64,000 nt of DNA from Mytilus edulis (lineage: Eukaryota). Position 1 is the stretch's first letter, and each line of letters starts with the position of its first letter. The position numbers were made by a program, and so were the translations under genes. The notes below the pieces were generated by a model. It was not told the DNA's origin. It made no database searches and saw only the letters and a program-made list of their open reading frames with translations. Below are positions 1 through 12,071 of the stretch, piece after piece. The stretch is from NCBI RefSeq assembly GCF_963676685.1, contig NC_092347.1:11098001-11162000 (forward strand). Reading direction: 5' to 3'.

Positions 1-232
1 TTGCCCTGTATGTTTTGAAAATTTAACAACAAACGTAAAAAATGTGCCAACTACGTATCGAAAGGTATCAATGCGTGGTGGAAACGTGGTTCTACACGTT
101 CTTATACGTAGCAAAACGTGGTAAGAATGTAGCACAAACCTAGCTTTCAAAATAACGGGACATTTTTATTCAAAACTTGGTTGAAATGTAGCATTTTAAA
201 CCGTAGTAGAACGTGACAGTGCGACTGGGGCT
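1..232. mobile_element. Right part of a PIF/Harbinger-like MITE in the nAChR intron
   Basis: Ends ACGTGACAGTGCGACTGGGGCT, the reverse complement of the family left end AGTCCCAGTCACGCTGTCACGT (4582, 9738). Nearly identical to 5127-5358. Confidence 0.7.
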
Positions 233-808
233 TTAACAACCTGACTTAAAACAAAACCAGACAACGGGAAGTCAACGTACGGCCTTAACCAAATGACACA
301 TTTCATTGATTGTCATTTTTCTTGTTTTTACGATCAAAAGACGTAAAAGAACATCCGTCTATTGTTGGTTACTGTCTTTTGCCTCTAGATATATATACAG
401 GTATTGGTTTCTTTTGTCGTTAGAATACTGTCTCATTGACGTATACATACCTCATATTTTCTTTTGTGTGTCTTTAAATTACTTTCTACTCTTTTTAAAA
501 ATGAAGTGTGCTTTTAAAACAATTTACATGCATCAATCTGACTTTAAAAAGACAGTGAAAGCCAATGGTATGTAACATGCAATTGTTTCATCATAAATTT
601 CAGTTTCCATGAAAACTATTTCGCGGTCAAACCTTACAGTCCACGATCCACATACTTTGTAATATTAGTTTTCTATTTTTATTTGATTTGGTTTGATTTG
701 TTTTGTTATTGTTTTTGTTTGTTTACTCGTTGTGTTTTTGTTTGTTAAATGTCACTGCTAGAAGACGAAGCATGTTTCTGTGTTAACAGTTTACATTTTA
801 TTTTACAG

Positions 809-1335
809 TGTAGCTGAAGAGTTTTATGGCTTTAAAGACTACAGACCTAGAGTAATGTTTGACGGAACAGTATATTATAATTTTCCCACTTTAGTAGAAT
901 CCGTGTGTCAAGTTGATGCTCTGAAGTTTCCATATGACACTCAAATATGTCTATTAACTTTCGGATCCTGGGTGTTTTCAGGATCGGATCTAGATGTATT
1001 TTCGAGTAAAAAGTTTGCCGATGTTTCGTCTATAAAAGACCACGTGGAATGGGTTGTTGAAAGTGTTCCAATCGTAAGACATGTAGTTTTCTACCCGGAG
1101 CCATATCCTGACGTGACTTTTTACGTTCACATCAGACGAAAGCCAGCGTCATACGTCACTAATATCATAATACCATCACTTTTGATCACTCTCATATCGG
1201 CGCTTGGATTTTTACTTCCGGTTGAATCGGGAGAGAAAGTTGGGCTACAACTGACAGTTATGCTGGCAATATTTGTATTCCAAGTACTTGTAGCAGACCA
1301 ATTACCACCTTCTGCAGATTCTACGCCATGGATAT
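809..1335 (+). CDS. Nicotinic acetylcholine receptor subunit (alpha9/10-like, non-alpha), copy 1, exon encoding Cys-loop to M2
   Basis: Acceptor ttttacag (801-808), donor GTAAG at 1336. Encodes C-x13-C loop CQVDALKFPYDTQIC, loop B GSW, M1, and GEKVGLQLTVMLAIFVFQVLVADQLP (M2). Confidence 0.95.
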
Positions 1336-1813
1336 GTAAGAATGCGTAAACTTTTTTTATATACATTTAGATGACGAGACTAAAAAAAGTGTGTATAATG
1401 GGCAAAGTTAAGCTTTGTAGAGCCCAGTATAGTATTTCTGTTTTCGCGACTGCTTCAAAATTATCTTTAACATTTATAGGTGTTTAGCAATTTATTAAAA
1501 CAAGGAAGCGATGTGTCAAATATGTGCAATAATTATAATTTATTTATATCAGCAAATTGCTTTTCATTTTTTCACATTTTTTAATGTTTACTAAGATCCT
1601 ACTTTGAAATGATGAAAATATACAAGCTATATTCTAGAACAGATTTTTTTTCTGGAACATGCTAACCTCTTTTTATAGGTTTGTGAATTAAATTACCATA
1701 TTTCGAATAAATCACAACAAACAAACAGGATCAATTATGTTGTGACATGTGTGGTTACGAGTGCGATCTCTTACCGAACTCTGTTGGTTCAAATATTACG
1801 ATTTGTATTTCAG

Positions 1814-2007
1814 CTGTCTTCCTGAGTTTCACTCTAATATTATGTGGAGTGGCAAGTCTTCTGCAAGTTCTGGTTATAAGCGTACATTTCCAAGATAAGG
1901 ATATGCCCAACTGGACGAAAAGATATATTCTTTACCCTCTTGCTCTTGTGTCAGGTGTCCAAACTCAAGGTTTACAACGTACTTGTTCTCAAGATGGTCA
2001 ATTGGAG
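1814..2007 (+). CDS. nAChR copy 1, exon encoding M3 and start of the intracellular loop
   Basis: Acceptor tttcag, donor GTAAG at 2008. Phase matches the previous exon (T+CT=Ser). Encodes VFLSFTLILCGVASLLQVLVISVHF...MPNW. Confidence 0.93.
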
Positions 2008-2169
2008 GTAAGACATTTGTCTCTCATTCTCTCTGATTTAGTCTTTCGAGCTATTTTCAAACTTTGTAGTTTCAGTTGAGTCTGTATAATGGGAGTGCTT
2101 TACGCAGCTATTTCCATTTAAAACTGACGTAAAAATAATGATTATTACTAAATGTTTCTTTTTATGCAG

Positions 2170-2184
2170 AATGCTGTGGTGATG
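2170..2184 (+). CDS. Candidate 15-nt microexon (NAVVM) in the nAChR M3-M4 loop, copy 1
   Basis: TACTAA branch-like motif, pyrimidine tract and tgcag acceptor; GTAAAG donor; phase 0/0, no stop. Confidence 0.4.
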
Positions 2185-2891
2185 GTAAAGGCGAAAGCCT
2201 TGATAGGTTTTTAAATAAGATGCATATAAAATGTTAGAAGCTGTCAAATTTATATGTTCATCGACATGACTTAAATTCTCATATTTGATATATTACATAC
2301 TAAAATGTATATTCAAATTCCAGTATAAAGTTTGAAATAAACAGACAAAAATCATGTACTCGATGATTATATAAGAATTTCATGTGTATTTTATCTAGAC
2401 GCATTTTCATCAACTTTGGTGATTAATAATTGATTATTCATTAATAATTGGGATTACCACTGAATACTTCCGACAGTCACATAACCCTGGAGCGATAGAA
2501 ACATTAACATAAATATAAATAGGTAGCGACGTCGTGCAATTGAATTCGTTTTAACCTTGCAAGTGAATAATTCATCTGCTATGTTTCTTTGCTTATTTTG
2601 ACAATTTGAATCCAATTGAATGCTAAATTAGTCAGTGGTTTTATTTGTATTAATTGACAATGTGATACAAATTAATACATATTCAAATGATTTCGTTTAC
2701 ATGTTTTTATATAATGTAGTTTAATAACAAAGCTGATAGTTCTTATCATTTTCTAGGAATGTAAAACCTGCAAATGTTTTGAAACATGAATTTCCCTTAT
2801 GTTGTACAGATAGTACATCTTATCATTTTTATTGTTCTGTAATCCATACTATGAATAATTTAAGTTTCATAGTTCAATATTCTTATTTCAG

Positions 2892-3047
2892 GACGAAGAT
2901 AAAATGGTGAAAGAAGCTCTACCAGAAGGCATAACGCTATGGATGTACTTATCCACGGTGCTTGACAGAGTCGGTATTTTCATATTTCTGATGATGTTTG
3001 TAATCGGATGTTTAGTGACCTTTGATGGAATGGTATCGCGTGATTAA
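2892..3047 (+). CDS. nAChR copy 1, last coding exon (M4)
   Basis: Acceptor tatttcag. Encodes DEDKMVKEALPEGITLWMYLSTVLDRVGIFIFLMMFVIGCLVTFDGMVSRD*, with the W-x6-LDR pre-M4 motif. TAA at 3045-3047. Absent from the ORF track. Confidence 0.93.
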   Translation, partial: DEDKMVKEALPEGITLWMYLSTVLDRVGIFIFLMMFVIGCLVTFDGMVSRD

Positions 3048-4581
3048 TTTGAATATATCAAATACTTTTTCACGTCTATCACATACTTTCCACAATTCAA
3101 CACAGGAAATTATGAAATGCAGTTCGAAATATATATGTTTTTCTCATTTTCGAATTATGTAAATGTATAATGTTATGCAAAAGTTGTACTCTTCAAATTG
3201 TTGTCTGTAAAAACTATAGTGCTTTAATTTGTATTCATGTAGTGCTATATTATATTCATACTATAATCGTTATTGTCTTTTGTAACTTTTGTGTACGTTT
3301 TCTTTAAAAAAAAAAACCGTGAGCTGCCTCAAATCATATACATGTGCAAAACTCATAAATACTTTATTATTATGAGACAGTCATTGTATTAAAATATGAT
3401 TCTCCCTAATCGACTTGTATCTTTTTTACCAGTCTGTATACAAAAGATGATGGGCCAAAATTACCCGTATTCTAATAAAGCCCGAACAAATTCGTCTGAA
3501 GGCCCAATAGTTCGACTACATGATGGTCTTTGTGTTGTCCAGTGAAATTCAATAGGACAAGATAATGTTCTACATTTCTATTTACAAACTACAGGCTCTA
3601 AAAAGTATGACCTTTTCACTCGTCGGAATCTATTTGAATCTTTTGAAATGTCCAAAATCCTACATTACAGATGCATGACTTAAGTTCTCTTTTTGCTTTA
3701 TTTCTGGTTTACAGTTTTTCTTTACTCTAGTTTTGCAAGACATCCAAAAATGTAAAAAAAATATCATTTTTAAAGGAAAAAGGCTTCTATGAGGAAGAGA
3801 TTGAAAATTACAGATACATGTATGCGTATTATTTGAGGATCGTGTTTTGATGATTATTTATGCTGTTTCAACGTTTCTCTTTATCTATACTATTTGCCGA
3901 TTTCGCTTTATTCACTTAGTAGATCGTGTCTGACTTGCTTGTCATATTAGATAAAGTTTCGCTTCGTCTATAATAGTTCTTCCGGTAATTAGCACAAAAC
4001 CCAATATGGGTAAAATTCGTCAATTAAGGAGAACAATTCTTAAGAGAGTTGACTGGCAACTCCCTTAGCTCCTATTAGGTTTCAGATTTGTTCCGAATGG
4101 AGAAACAGTACATCATGCTGAACTTTTCTGCCTTGAAAGATTTACACAAGGAGGTTACCCTACTTGATTTACCGTATTAAAACTGCTTCCAAGATAATAG
4201 ACAATACGTGCATTTTAGCTCTATGTTCATCTTGAGTCTTGACATCAGTTACGGTTGGCAGGCTGGAATACATAAACTTGACATATTTTCTTATATCGAA
4301 TATCACAAGGACGAATTGTGGCTAACTTGTGTTTCAACTGGTCATTGAGTATCAGAGGAGAAGATTGTTGTGAAAGTGAAATGGCGACAGTCGACGACAG
4401 ACGAACAGCGTTAACTATCAAATTGACCAATATCTGGTTATTTACTGTATGTCTATTTTTGTACATAACTTCTCCAGTACCTATGAGTTTCTTGCTTTCA
4501 TATTTTTAATTCTGATTGGTAATAAACTAATAACGAAGGTAAAAAAATAATTTGTATTTCAAAAAGCGTTATTTTGATTTC

Positions 4582-5358
4582 AGTCCCAGTCACGCTGTCA
4601 CGTTTCAAGAGCTACGTTTTACAACGTTTTGCCAGCGAAGCAAAACGAGAATATACGTAACAAAGCGTATCGAAACGTAGTGATCCTTTGTTCAAAACTG
4701 GACCTGCCCCGTATGTTTTGAAAATTCAACAACAACCGTGCAAAAATTCAAACGAAGTAGAAACCTAGTAAATACGTATCAAAGCTTAGCGGAACGCAAC
4801 AAAACGTGCTTACTACGTATCGAAACGTATCAATGCGTGGTGAAATCGTGGGTCTACACGTACATGTACTAATACGTAGCAAAACGTGATAAGAACGTAG
4901 CACAAACCTAGTAAAACCTAGTTTTCAAAATAACGGGACATGTTTGTTCAAAACGTAGTTGAAACGTAGAATTTTAAAATGTAGTAAAACTTGACAGTTG
5001 CCACAGTCACACTCACGTTTCAAGAGTTACGTTTTACTACGTTCTGAAAGCGTAGCGAAACGGGAATATACGTAACGAAGCGTATTGAAACGTAGTGATC
5101 CTTAAAATGTTTGTTCAAAACGGGACTTGCCCTGTATGTTTTGAAAATTTAACAACAAACGTAAAAAATGTGCCAACTACGTATCGAAACGTATCAATGC
5201 GTGGTGGAAACGTGGTTCTACACGTTCTTATACGTAGCAAAACGTGGTAAGAATGTAGCACAAACCTAGCTTTCAAAATAACGGGACATTTTTATTCAAA
5301 ACTTGGTTGAAATGTAGCATTTTAAACCGTAGTAGAACGTGACAGTGCGACTGGGGCT
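4582..5358. mobile_element. Head-to-tail dimer of the Harbinger-like MITE at the duplication junction (4582-4998 and 5000-5358)
   Basis: Left ends AGTCCCAGTCACGCTGTCACG (4582) and GCCACAGTCACACTCACG (5000); right end GTGACAGTGCGACTGGGGCT (5358); ACGT-rich interior. Confidence 0.75.
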
Positions 5359-5934
5359 TTAACAACCTGACTTAAAACAAAACCAGACAACGGGAAGTCA
5401 ACGTACGGCCTTAACCAAATGACACATTTCATTGATTGTCATTTTTCTTGTTTTTACGATCAAAAGACGTAAAAGAACATCCGTCTATTGTTGGTTACTG
5501 TCTTTTGCCTCTAGATATATATACAGGTATTGGTTTCTTTTGTCGTTAGAATACTGTCTCATTGACGTATACATACCTCATATTTTCTTTTGTGTGTCTT
5601 TAAATTACTTTCTACTCTTTTTAAAAATGAAGTGTGCTTTTAAAACAATTTACATGCATCAATCTGACTTTAAAAAGACAGTGAAAGCCAATGGTATGTA
5701 AAATGCAATTGTTTCATCATAAATTTCAGTTTCCATGAAAACTATTTCGCGGTGAAACCTTACAGTCCACGATCCACATACTTTGTAATATTAGTTTTCT
5801 ATTTTTATTTGATTTGGTTTGATTTGTTTTGTTATTGTTTTTGTTTGTTTACTCGTTGTGTTTTTGTTTGTTAAATGTCACTGCTAGAAGACGAAGCATG
5901 TTTCTGTGTTAACAGTTTACATTTTATTTTACAG

Positions 5935-6464
5935 TGTAGCTGAAGAGTTTTATGGCTTTAAAGACTACAGACCTAGAGTAATGTTTGACGGAACAGTATA
6001 TTATAATTTTCCCACTTTAGTAGAATCCGTGTGTCAAGTTGATGCTCTGAAGTTTCCATATGACACTCAAATATGTCTATTAACTTTCGGATCCTGGGTG
6101 TTGTTTTCAGGATCGGATCTAGATGTATTTTCGAGTAAAAAGTTTGCCGATGTTTCGTCTATAAAAGACCACGTGGAATGGGTTGTTGAAAGTGTTCCAA
6201 TCGTAAGACATGTAGTTTTCTACCCGGAGCCATATCCTGACGTGACTTTTTACGTTCACATCAGACGAAAGCCAGCGTCATACGTCACTAATATCATAAT
6301 ACCATCACTTTTGATCACTCTCATATCGGCGCTTGGATTTTTACTTCCGGTTGAATCGGGAGAGAAAGTTGGGCTACAACTGACAGTTATGCTGGCAATA
6401 TTTGTATTCCAAGTACTTGTAGCAGACCAATTACCACCTTCTGCAGATTCTACGCCATGGATAT
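5935..6464 (+). CDS. nAChR copy 2, Cys-loop to M2 exon (no 5' exons of its own)
   Basis: Same as 809-1335 except an in-frame 3-nt insertion (GSWVLFSG); splice sites intact. Confidence 0.8.
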
Positions 6465-6942
6465 GTAAGAATGCGTAAACTTTTTTTATATACATTTAGA
6501 TGACGAGACTAAAAAAAGTGTGTATAATGGGCAAAGTTAAGCTTTGTAGAGCCCAGTATAGTATTTCTGTTTTCGCGACTGCTTCAAAATTATCTTTAAC
6601 ATTTATAGGTGTTTAGCAATTTATTAAAACAAGGAAGCGATGTGTCAAATATGTGCAATAATTATAATTTATTTATATCAGCAAATTGCTTTTCATTTTT
6701 TCACATTTTTTAATGTTTACTAAGATCCTACTTTGAAATGATGAAAATATACAAGCTATATTCTAGAACAGATTTTTTTTCTGGAACATGCTAACCTCTT
6801 TTTATAGGTTTGTGAATTAAATTATCATATTTCGAATAAATCACAACAAACAAACAGGATCAATTATGTTGTGACATGTGTGGTTACGAGTGCGATCTCT
6901 TACCGAACTCTGTTGGTTCAAATATTACGATTTGTATTTCAG

Positions 6943-7136
6943 CTGTCTTCCTGAGTTTCACTCTAATATTATGTGGAGTGGCAAGTCTTCTGCAAGTTCT
7001 GGTTATAAGCGTACATTTCCAAGATAAGGATATGCCCAACTGGACGAAAAGATATATTCTTTACCCTCTTGCTCTTGTGTCAGGTGTCCAAACTCAAGGT
7101 TTACAACGTACTTGTTCTCAAGATGGTCAATTGGAG
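6943..7136 (+). CDS. nAChR copy 2, M3 exon
   Basis: Matches 1814-2007; AG/GT intact. Confidence 0.8.
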
Positions 7137-8020
7137 GTAAGACATTTGTCTCTCATTCTCTCTGATTTAGTCTTTCGAGCTATTTTCAAACTTTGTAGTT
7201 TCAGTTGAGTCTGTATAATGGGAGTGCTTTACGCAGCTATTTCCATTTAAAACTGACGTAAAAATAATGATTATTACTAAATGTTTCTTTTTATGCAGAA
7301 TGCTGTGGTGATGGTAAAGGCGAAAGCCTTGATAGGTTTTTAAATAAGATGCATATAAAATGTTAGAAGCTGTCAAATTTATATGTTTATCGACATGACT
7401 TAAATTCTCATATTTGATATATTACATACTAAAATGTATATTCAAATTCCAGTATAAAGTTTGAAATAAACAGACAAAAATCATGTACTCGATAATTATA
7501 TAAGAATTTCATGTGTATTTTATCTAGACGCATTTTCATCAACTTTGGTGATTAATAATTGATTATTCATTAATAATTGGGATTACCACTGAATACTTCC
7601 GACAGTCACATAACCCTGGAGCGATAGAAACATTAACATAAATATAAATAGGTAGCGACGTCGTGCAATTGAATTCGTTTTAACCTTGCAAGTGAATAAT
7701 TCATCTGCTATGTTTCTTTGCTTATTTTGACAATTTGAATCCAATTGAATGCTAAATTAGTCAGTGGTTTTATTTGTATTAATTGACAATGTGATACAAA
7801 TTAATACATATTCAAATGATTTCGTTTACATGTTTTTATATAATGTAGTTTAATAACAAAGCTGATAGTTCTTATCATTTTCTAGGAATGTAAAACCTGC
7901 AAATGTTTTGAAACATGAATTTCCCTTATGTTGTACAGATAGTACATCTTATCATTTTTATTGTTCTGTAATCCATACTATGAATAATTTAAGTTTCATA
8001 GTTCAATATTCTTATTTCAG

Positions 8021-8176
8021 GACGAAGATAAAATGGTGAAAGAAGCTCTACCAGAAGGCATAACGCTATGGATGTACTTATCCACGGTGCTTGACAGAGT
8101 CGGTATTTTCATATTTCTGATGATGTTTGTAATCGGATGTTTAGTGACCTTTGATGGAATGGTATCGCGTGATTAA
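8021..8176 (+). CDS. nAChR copy 2, M4 terminal exon
   Basis: Matches 2892-3047; TAA at 8174-8176. Confidence 0.8.
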   Translation, partial: DEDKMVKEALPEGITLWMYLSTVLDRVGIFIFLMMFVIGCLVTFDGMVSRD

Positions 8177-9737
8177 TTTGAATATATCAAATACTTTTTC
8201 ACGTCTATCACATACTTTCCACAATTCAACACAGGAAATTATGAAATGCAGTTCGAAATATATATGTTTTTCTCATTTTCGAATTATGTAAATGTATAAT
8301 GTTATGCAAAAGTTGTACTCTTCAAATTGTTGTCTGTAAAAACTATAGTGCTTTAATTTGTATTCATGTAGTGCTATATTATATTCATACTATAATCGTT
8401 ATTGTCTTTTGTAACTTTTGTGTACGTTTTCTTTAAAAAAAAAAACCGTGAGCTGCCTCAAATCATATACATGTGCAAAACTCATAAATACTTTATTATT
8501 ATGAGACAGTCATTGTATTAAAATATGATTCTCCCTAATCGACTTGTATCTTTTTTACCAGTCTGTATACAAAAGATGATGGGCCAAAATTACCCGTATT
8601 CTAATAAAGCCCGAACAAATTCGTCTGAAGGCCCAATAGTTCGACTACATGATGGTCTTTGTGTTGTCCAGTGAAATTCAATAGGACAAGATAATGTTCT
8701 ACATTTCTATTTACAAACTACAGGCTCTAAAAAGTATGACCTTTTCACTCGTCGGAATCTATTTGAATCTTTTGAAATGTCCAAAATCCTACATTACAGA
8801 TGCATGACTTAAGTTCTCTTTTTGCTTTATTTCTGGTTTACAGTTTTTCTTTACTCTAGTTTTGCAAGACATCCAAAAATGTAAAAAAAATATCATTTTT
8901 AAAGGAAAAAGGCTTCTATGAGGAAGAGATTGAAAATTACAGATACATGTATGCGTATTATTTGAGGATCGTGTTTTGATGATTATTTATGCTGTTTCAA
9001 CGTTTCTCTTTATCTATACTATTTGCCGATTTCGCTTTATTCACTTAGTAGATCGTGTCTGACTTGCTTGTCATATTAGATAAAGTTTCGCTTCGTCTAT
9101 AATAGTTCTTCCGGTAATTAGCACAAAACCCAATATGGGTAAAATTCGTCAATTAAGGAGAACAATTCTTAAGAGAGTTGACTGGCAACTCCCTTAGCTC
9201 CTATTAGGTTTCAGATTTGTTCCGAATGGAGAAACAGTACATCATGCTGAACTTTTCTGCCTTGAAAGATTTACACAAGGAGGTTACCCTACTTGATTTA
9301 CCGTATTAAAACTGCTTCCAAGATAATAGACAATACGTGCATTTTAGCTCTATGTTCATCTTAAGTCTTGACATCATTTACGGTTGGCAGGCTGGAATAC
9401 ATAAACTTTACACATTTTCTTATATCGAATATCACAAGGACGAATTGTGGCTAACTTGTGTTTCAATTGGTCATTGAGTATCAGAGGAGAAGATTGTTGT
9501 GAAAGTGAAATGGCGACAGTCGACGACAGACGAACAGCGTAAATGTATAGCAATAACTATCAAATTGACCAATATCTGGTTATTTACTGTATGTCTATTT
9601 TTGTACATAACTTCTCCAGTACCTATGAGTTTCTTGCTTTCATATTTTTAATTCTGATTGGTAATAAACTAATAACGAAGGTAAAAAAATAATTTGTTTT
9701 CAGGCGCACGAATTTCAAAAAGCGTTATTTTGATTTC

Positions 9738-10155
9738 AGTCCCAGTCACGCTGTCACGTTTCAAGAGCTACGTTTTACAACGTTTTGCCAGCGAAGCAAA
9801 ACGAGAATATACGTAACAAAGCGTATCGAAACGTAGTGTGATCCTTTGTTCAAAATGGGACCTGCCCCGTATGTTTTGAAAATTTAACAACAAACGTAGC
9901 GAAAATTGAGACGAAGTAGAAACCTAGTAAATACATATCAAAGCTTAGCGGAACGTAACAAAACGTGCTAACTACGTATCGAAACGTATCAAACGTGGGA
10001 CTACACCTAATTATATAACGTAGCAAAACGTGGTTATAACGTCGCACAAACCTACTAAAACCTATCTTTCAAAATAACAGGACATTTTTTATTCAAAACG
10101 TAGTTAAAACGTAGCATGTTAAACCGTAGTAAAACGTGACAGTGTGACTGGGGCT
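9738..10155. mobile_element. Full-length Harbinger-like MITE (~418 bp)
   Basis: ~24-bp TIRs AGTCCCAGTCACGCTGTCACGTTT / AAACGTGACAGTGTGACTGGGGCT; no ORF. Superfamily inferred from the CCAGTCAC-type terminus. Confidence 0.75.
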
Positions 10156-12071
10156 TATTCGATTCTTGTAAGATCCAAACGTGACTGCATTTAACCGCTA
10201 TTTGTTCTTTATTGCCTTGTTTTTGTTGTTAAATTATGACACGTGCCATAAATAGAGACAAACGTAGGAACGTCTAAGTTTGGAACACATGTCAGTCCAA
10301 TGTCACAGTTACACACAGATTCATCTGGAACATGTCGACAATGAGATCCTTGCTGACCTATCTTCTTGCAGTACACATATTGGGGAAGAAACTGGTCTCT
10401 AACGCAACAAAACCCATCCGGACAAGAATTTGTTCTGTCATGTATGTCACAACTAACATCCTAAAATGACAACAAAAATGCAACAACTTAATACTAGAAC
10501 GATATACATGTAAGCATCAAACAATGATAAATCAATCAATTAAAAGATGTGCATTGCATGTATACATGTAAGTTGTTGGTATTTATTTTGTTTATTTGTT
10601 GAATTTTAGCAACATACATGTTCATATGATACATGTAATTGTTTGTTTAGGTTTCCATTAAACGTGTCGTCGCTTTCATTTGTTTTTATCCACAAAATTA
10701 TTTGATAGCGTGATAAACTTGACAATATATGTGTTTGAACGGACAAAATAAAACGAATCTGTTTTACTAGTGTTTTATTTGAAAATTAGGAAATTGTTGT
10801 CATGGGGGATTTACCAACCTGTCAATTAAAAGGTTCTAAGGTTGACTGCACAAATATGGTTAGGAGCAGGGGATTGGTATGAAAATACACCCAAGGGGTA
10901 CCCGGAGACTTAGGGGATGGCCTTCGGCTGTTGTCTACTCTATGGTCGGGTTGTTGTCTCTTTGACAGATTTCCTATTTCCATTCTCAATTTTAAATACA
11001 CATTCATGCCAATCAGAGTTTGAAAACAAATAAGCACTGTTAAAGTCAATGTTCTGTTCGAATTGTGACTGTTAAAGTCGAGTTTGTGAGTCCAACGACC
11101 CCCCCCCCCCCCCCCCCCTTAAAAATTCCTGGCTACGGGCCTGACTGAAATAAAATCAAATGTAAATAGAATCTTTCATTTAGTTGTAAAGCGCCAACTG
11201 TATGTCACCTGATCGTCGACTGGAATTGACAGGCAGGACCAGTGTTTTAGTTTTTGAATTGTGTGTATAAATAATATACTAATAGTACATGCATGACGAT
11301 GTTCAGGCACATTTCTTGTGCTGTTATAATTATCATTCTTACCTGCTGCAATGAAAAATCAAGTTCCATAAAAATGATGAGAAAAAATAAACATTTTATG
11401 CAGACTGACATTTTGATTTGTCTACTGTAACATATTAGTACATGTATGAAGGAAATGATATCGAATACACAGACCATCTGTTTTGATTCCACGTCCGAAC
11501 ACTACAATCTACCTATAACTGATTGATATGTTTATTATCATTATGCATAAGAATATTAACATAAATCATTCTGTCTACCATATGACCGTTATAACTGAAC
11601 TGTAATGAAATTCAATTAAATAATATTTTTAAAAGTTTAAGATCACAAATTCATTCACTCTCCTTTTCGAAATCCTATCCTATTGCATGATACATTATGT
11701 AATGACAAAGTCGTTAACACTTGCTTTGAGGAAACTATGAAAATAACTTAGAACAAAAATCAAATTAGTATGTACACAGTGGCATGATTGTACAGTAAAG
11801 ATAATACCTCGTCAAAAAATCATTAAAATTGTTACCCCTAAATGAAGTGTGCTATGACAAATTCCATGATGTGCTTAGAGTTTACGCTAAAAATCATTCG
11901 GATCAAATTAAAAATACTTTGCAGGTGGACAATTGAGAAAAAAATTCGAGAACTTTAATTGAAATACAGAGTTTAGCAGGACTTATGAATTAAAAATGAA
12001 AGTGACACCCAATTACTATTTCAGAAAACGGTTTGCCATCTTTCCGTCTCTTCCAGCAAACGATGATTTTC

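Larger units (their letters stand above)
1..9840. repeat. Tandem segmental duplication, ~5.13-kb unit (1-~4690 repeated at 5127-~9840)
   Basis: Near-identical sequence at offset 5126-5130; ORF track entries are duplicated at the same offsets. Confidence 0.97.

Noticed and set aside
306-575. Short hydrophobic ORFs here and throughout the track
   Set aside because: Low-complexity translations of AT-rich introns and repeats, often without ATG; no recognisable domains.
1127-1366. Antisense ORFs over the nAChR exons (also 6256-6495)
   Set aside because: Shadow frames of the real coding strand.
9510-9545. ATGGCG...GC|GTAAAT as the first exon of another gene
   Set aside because: No downstream exon found, and the donor is lost in the duplicate at ~4410.
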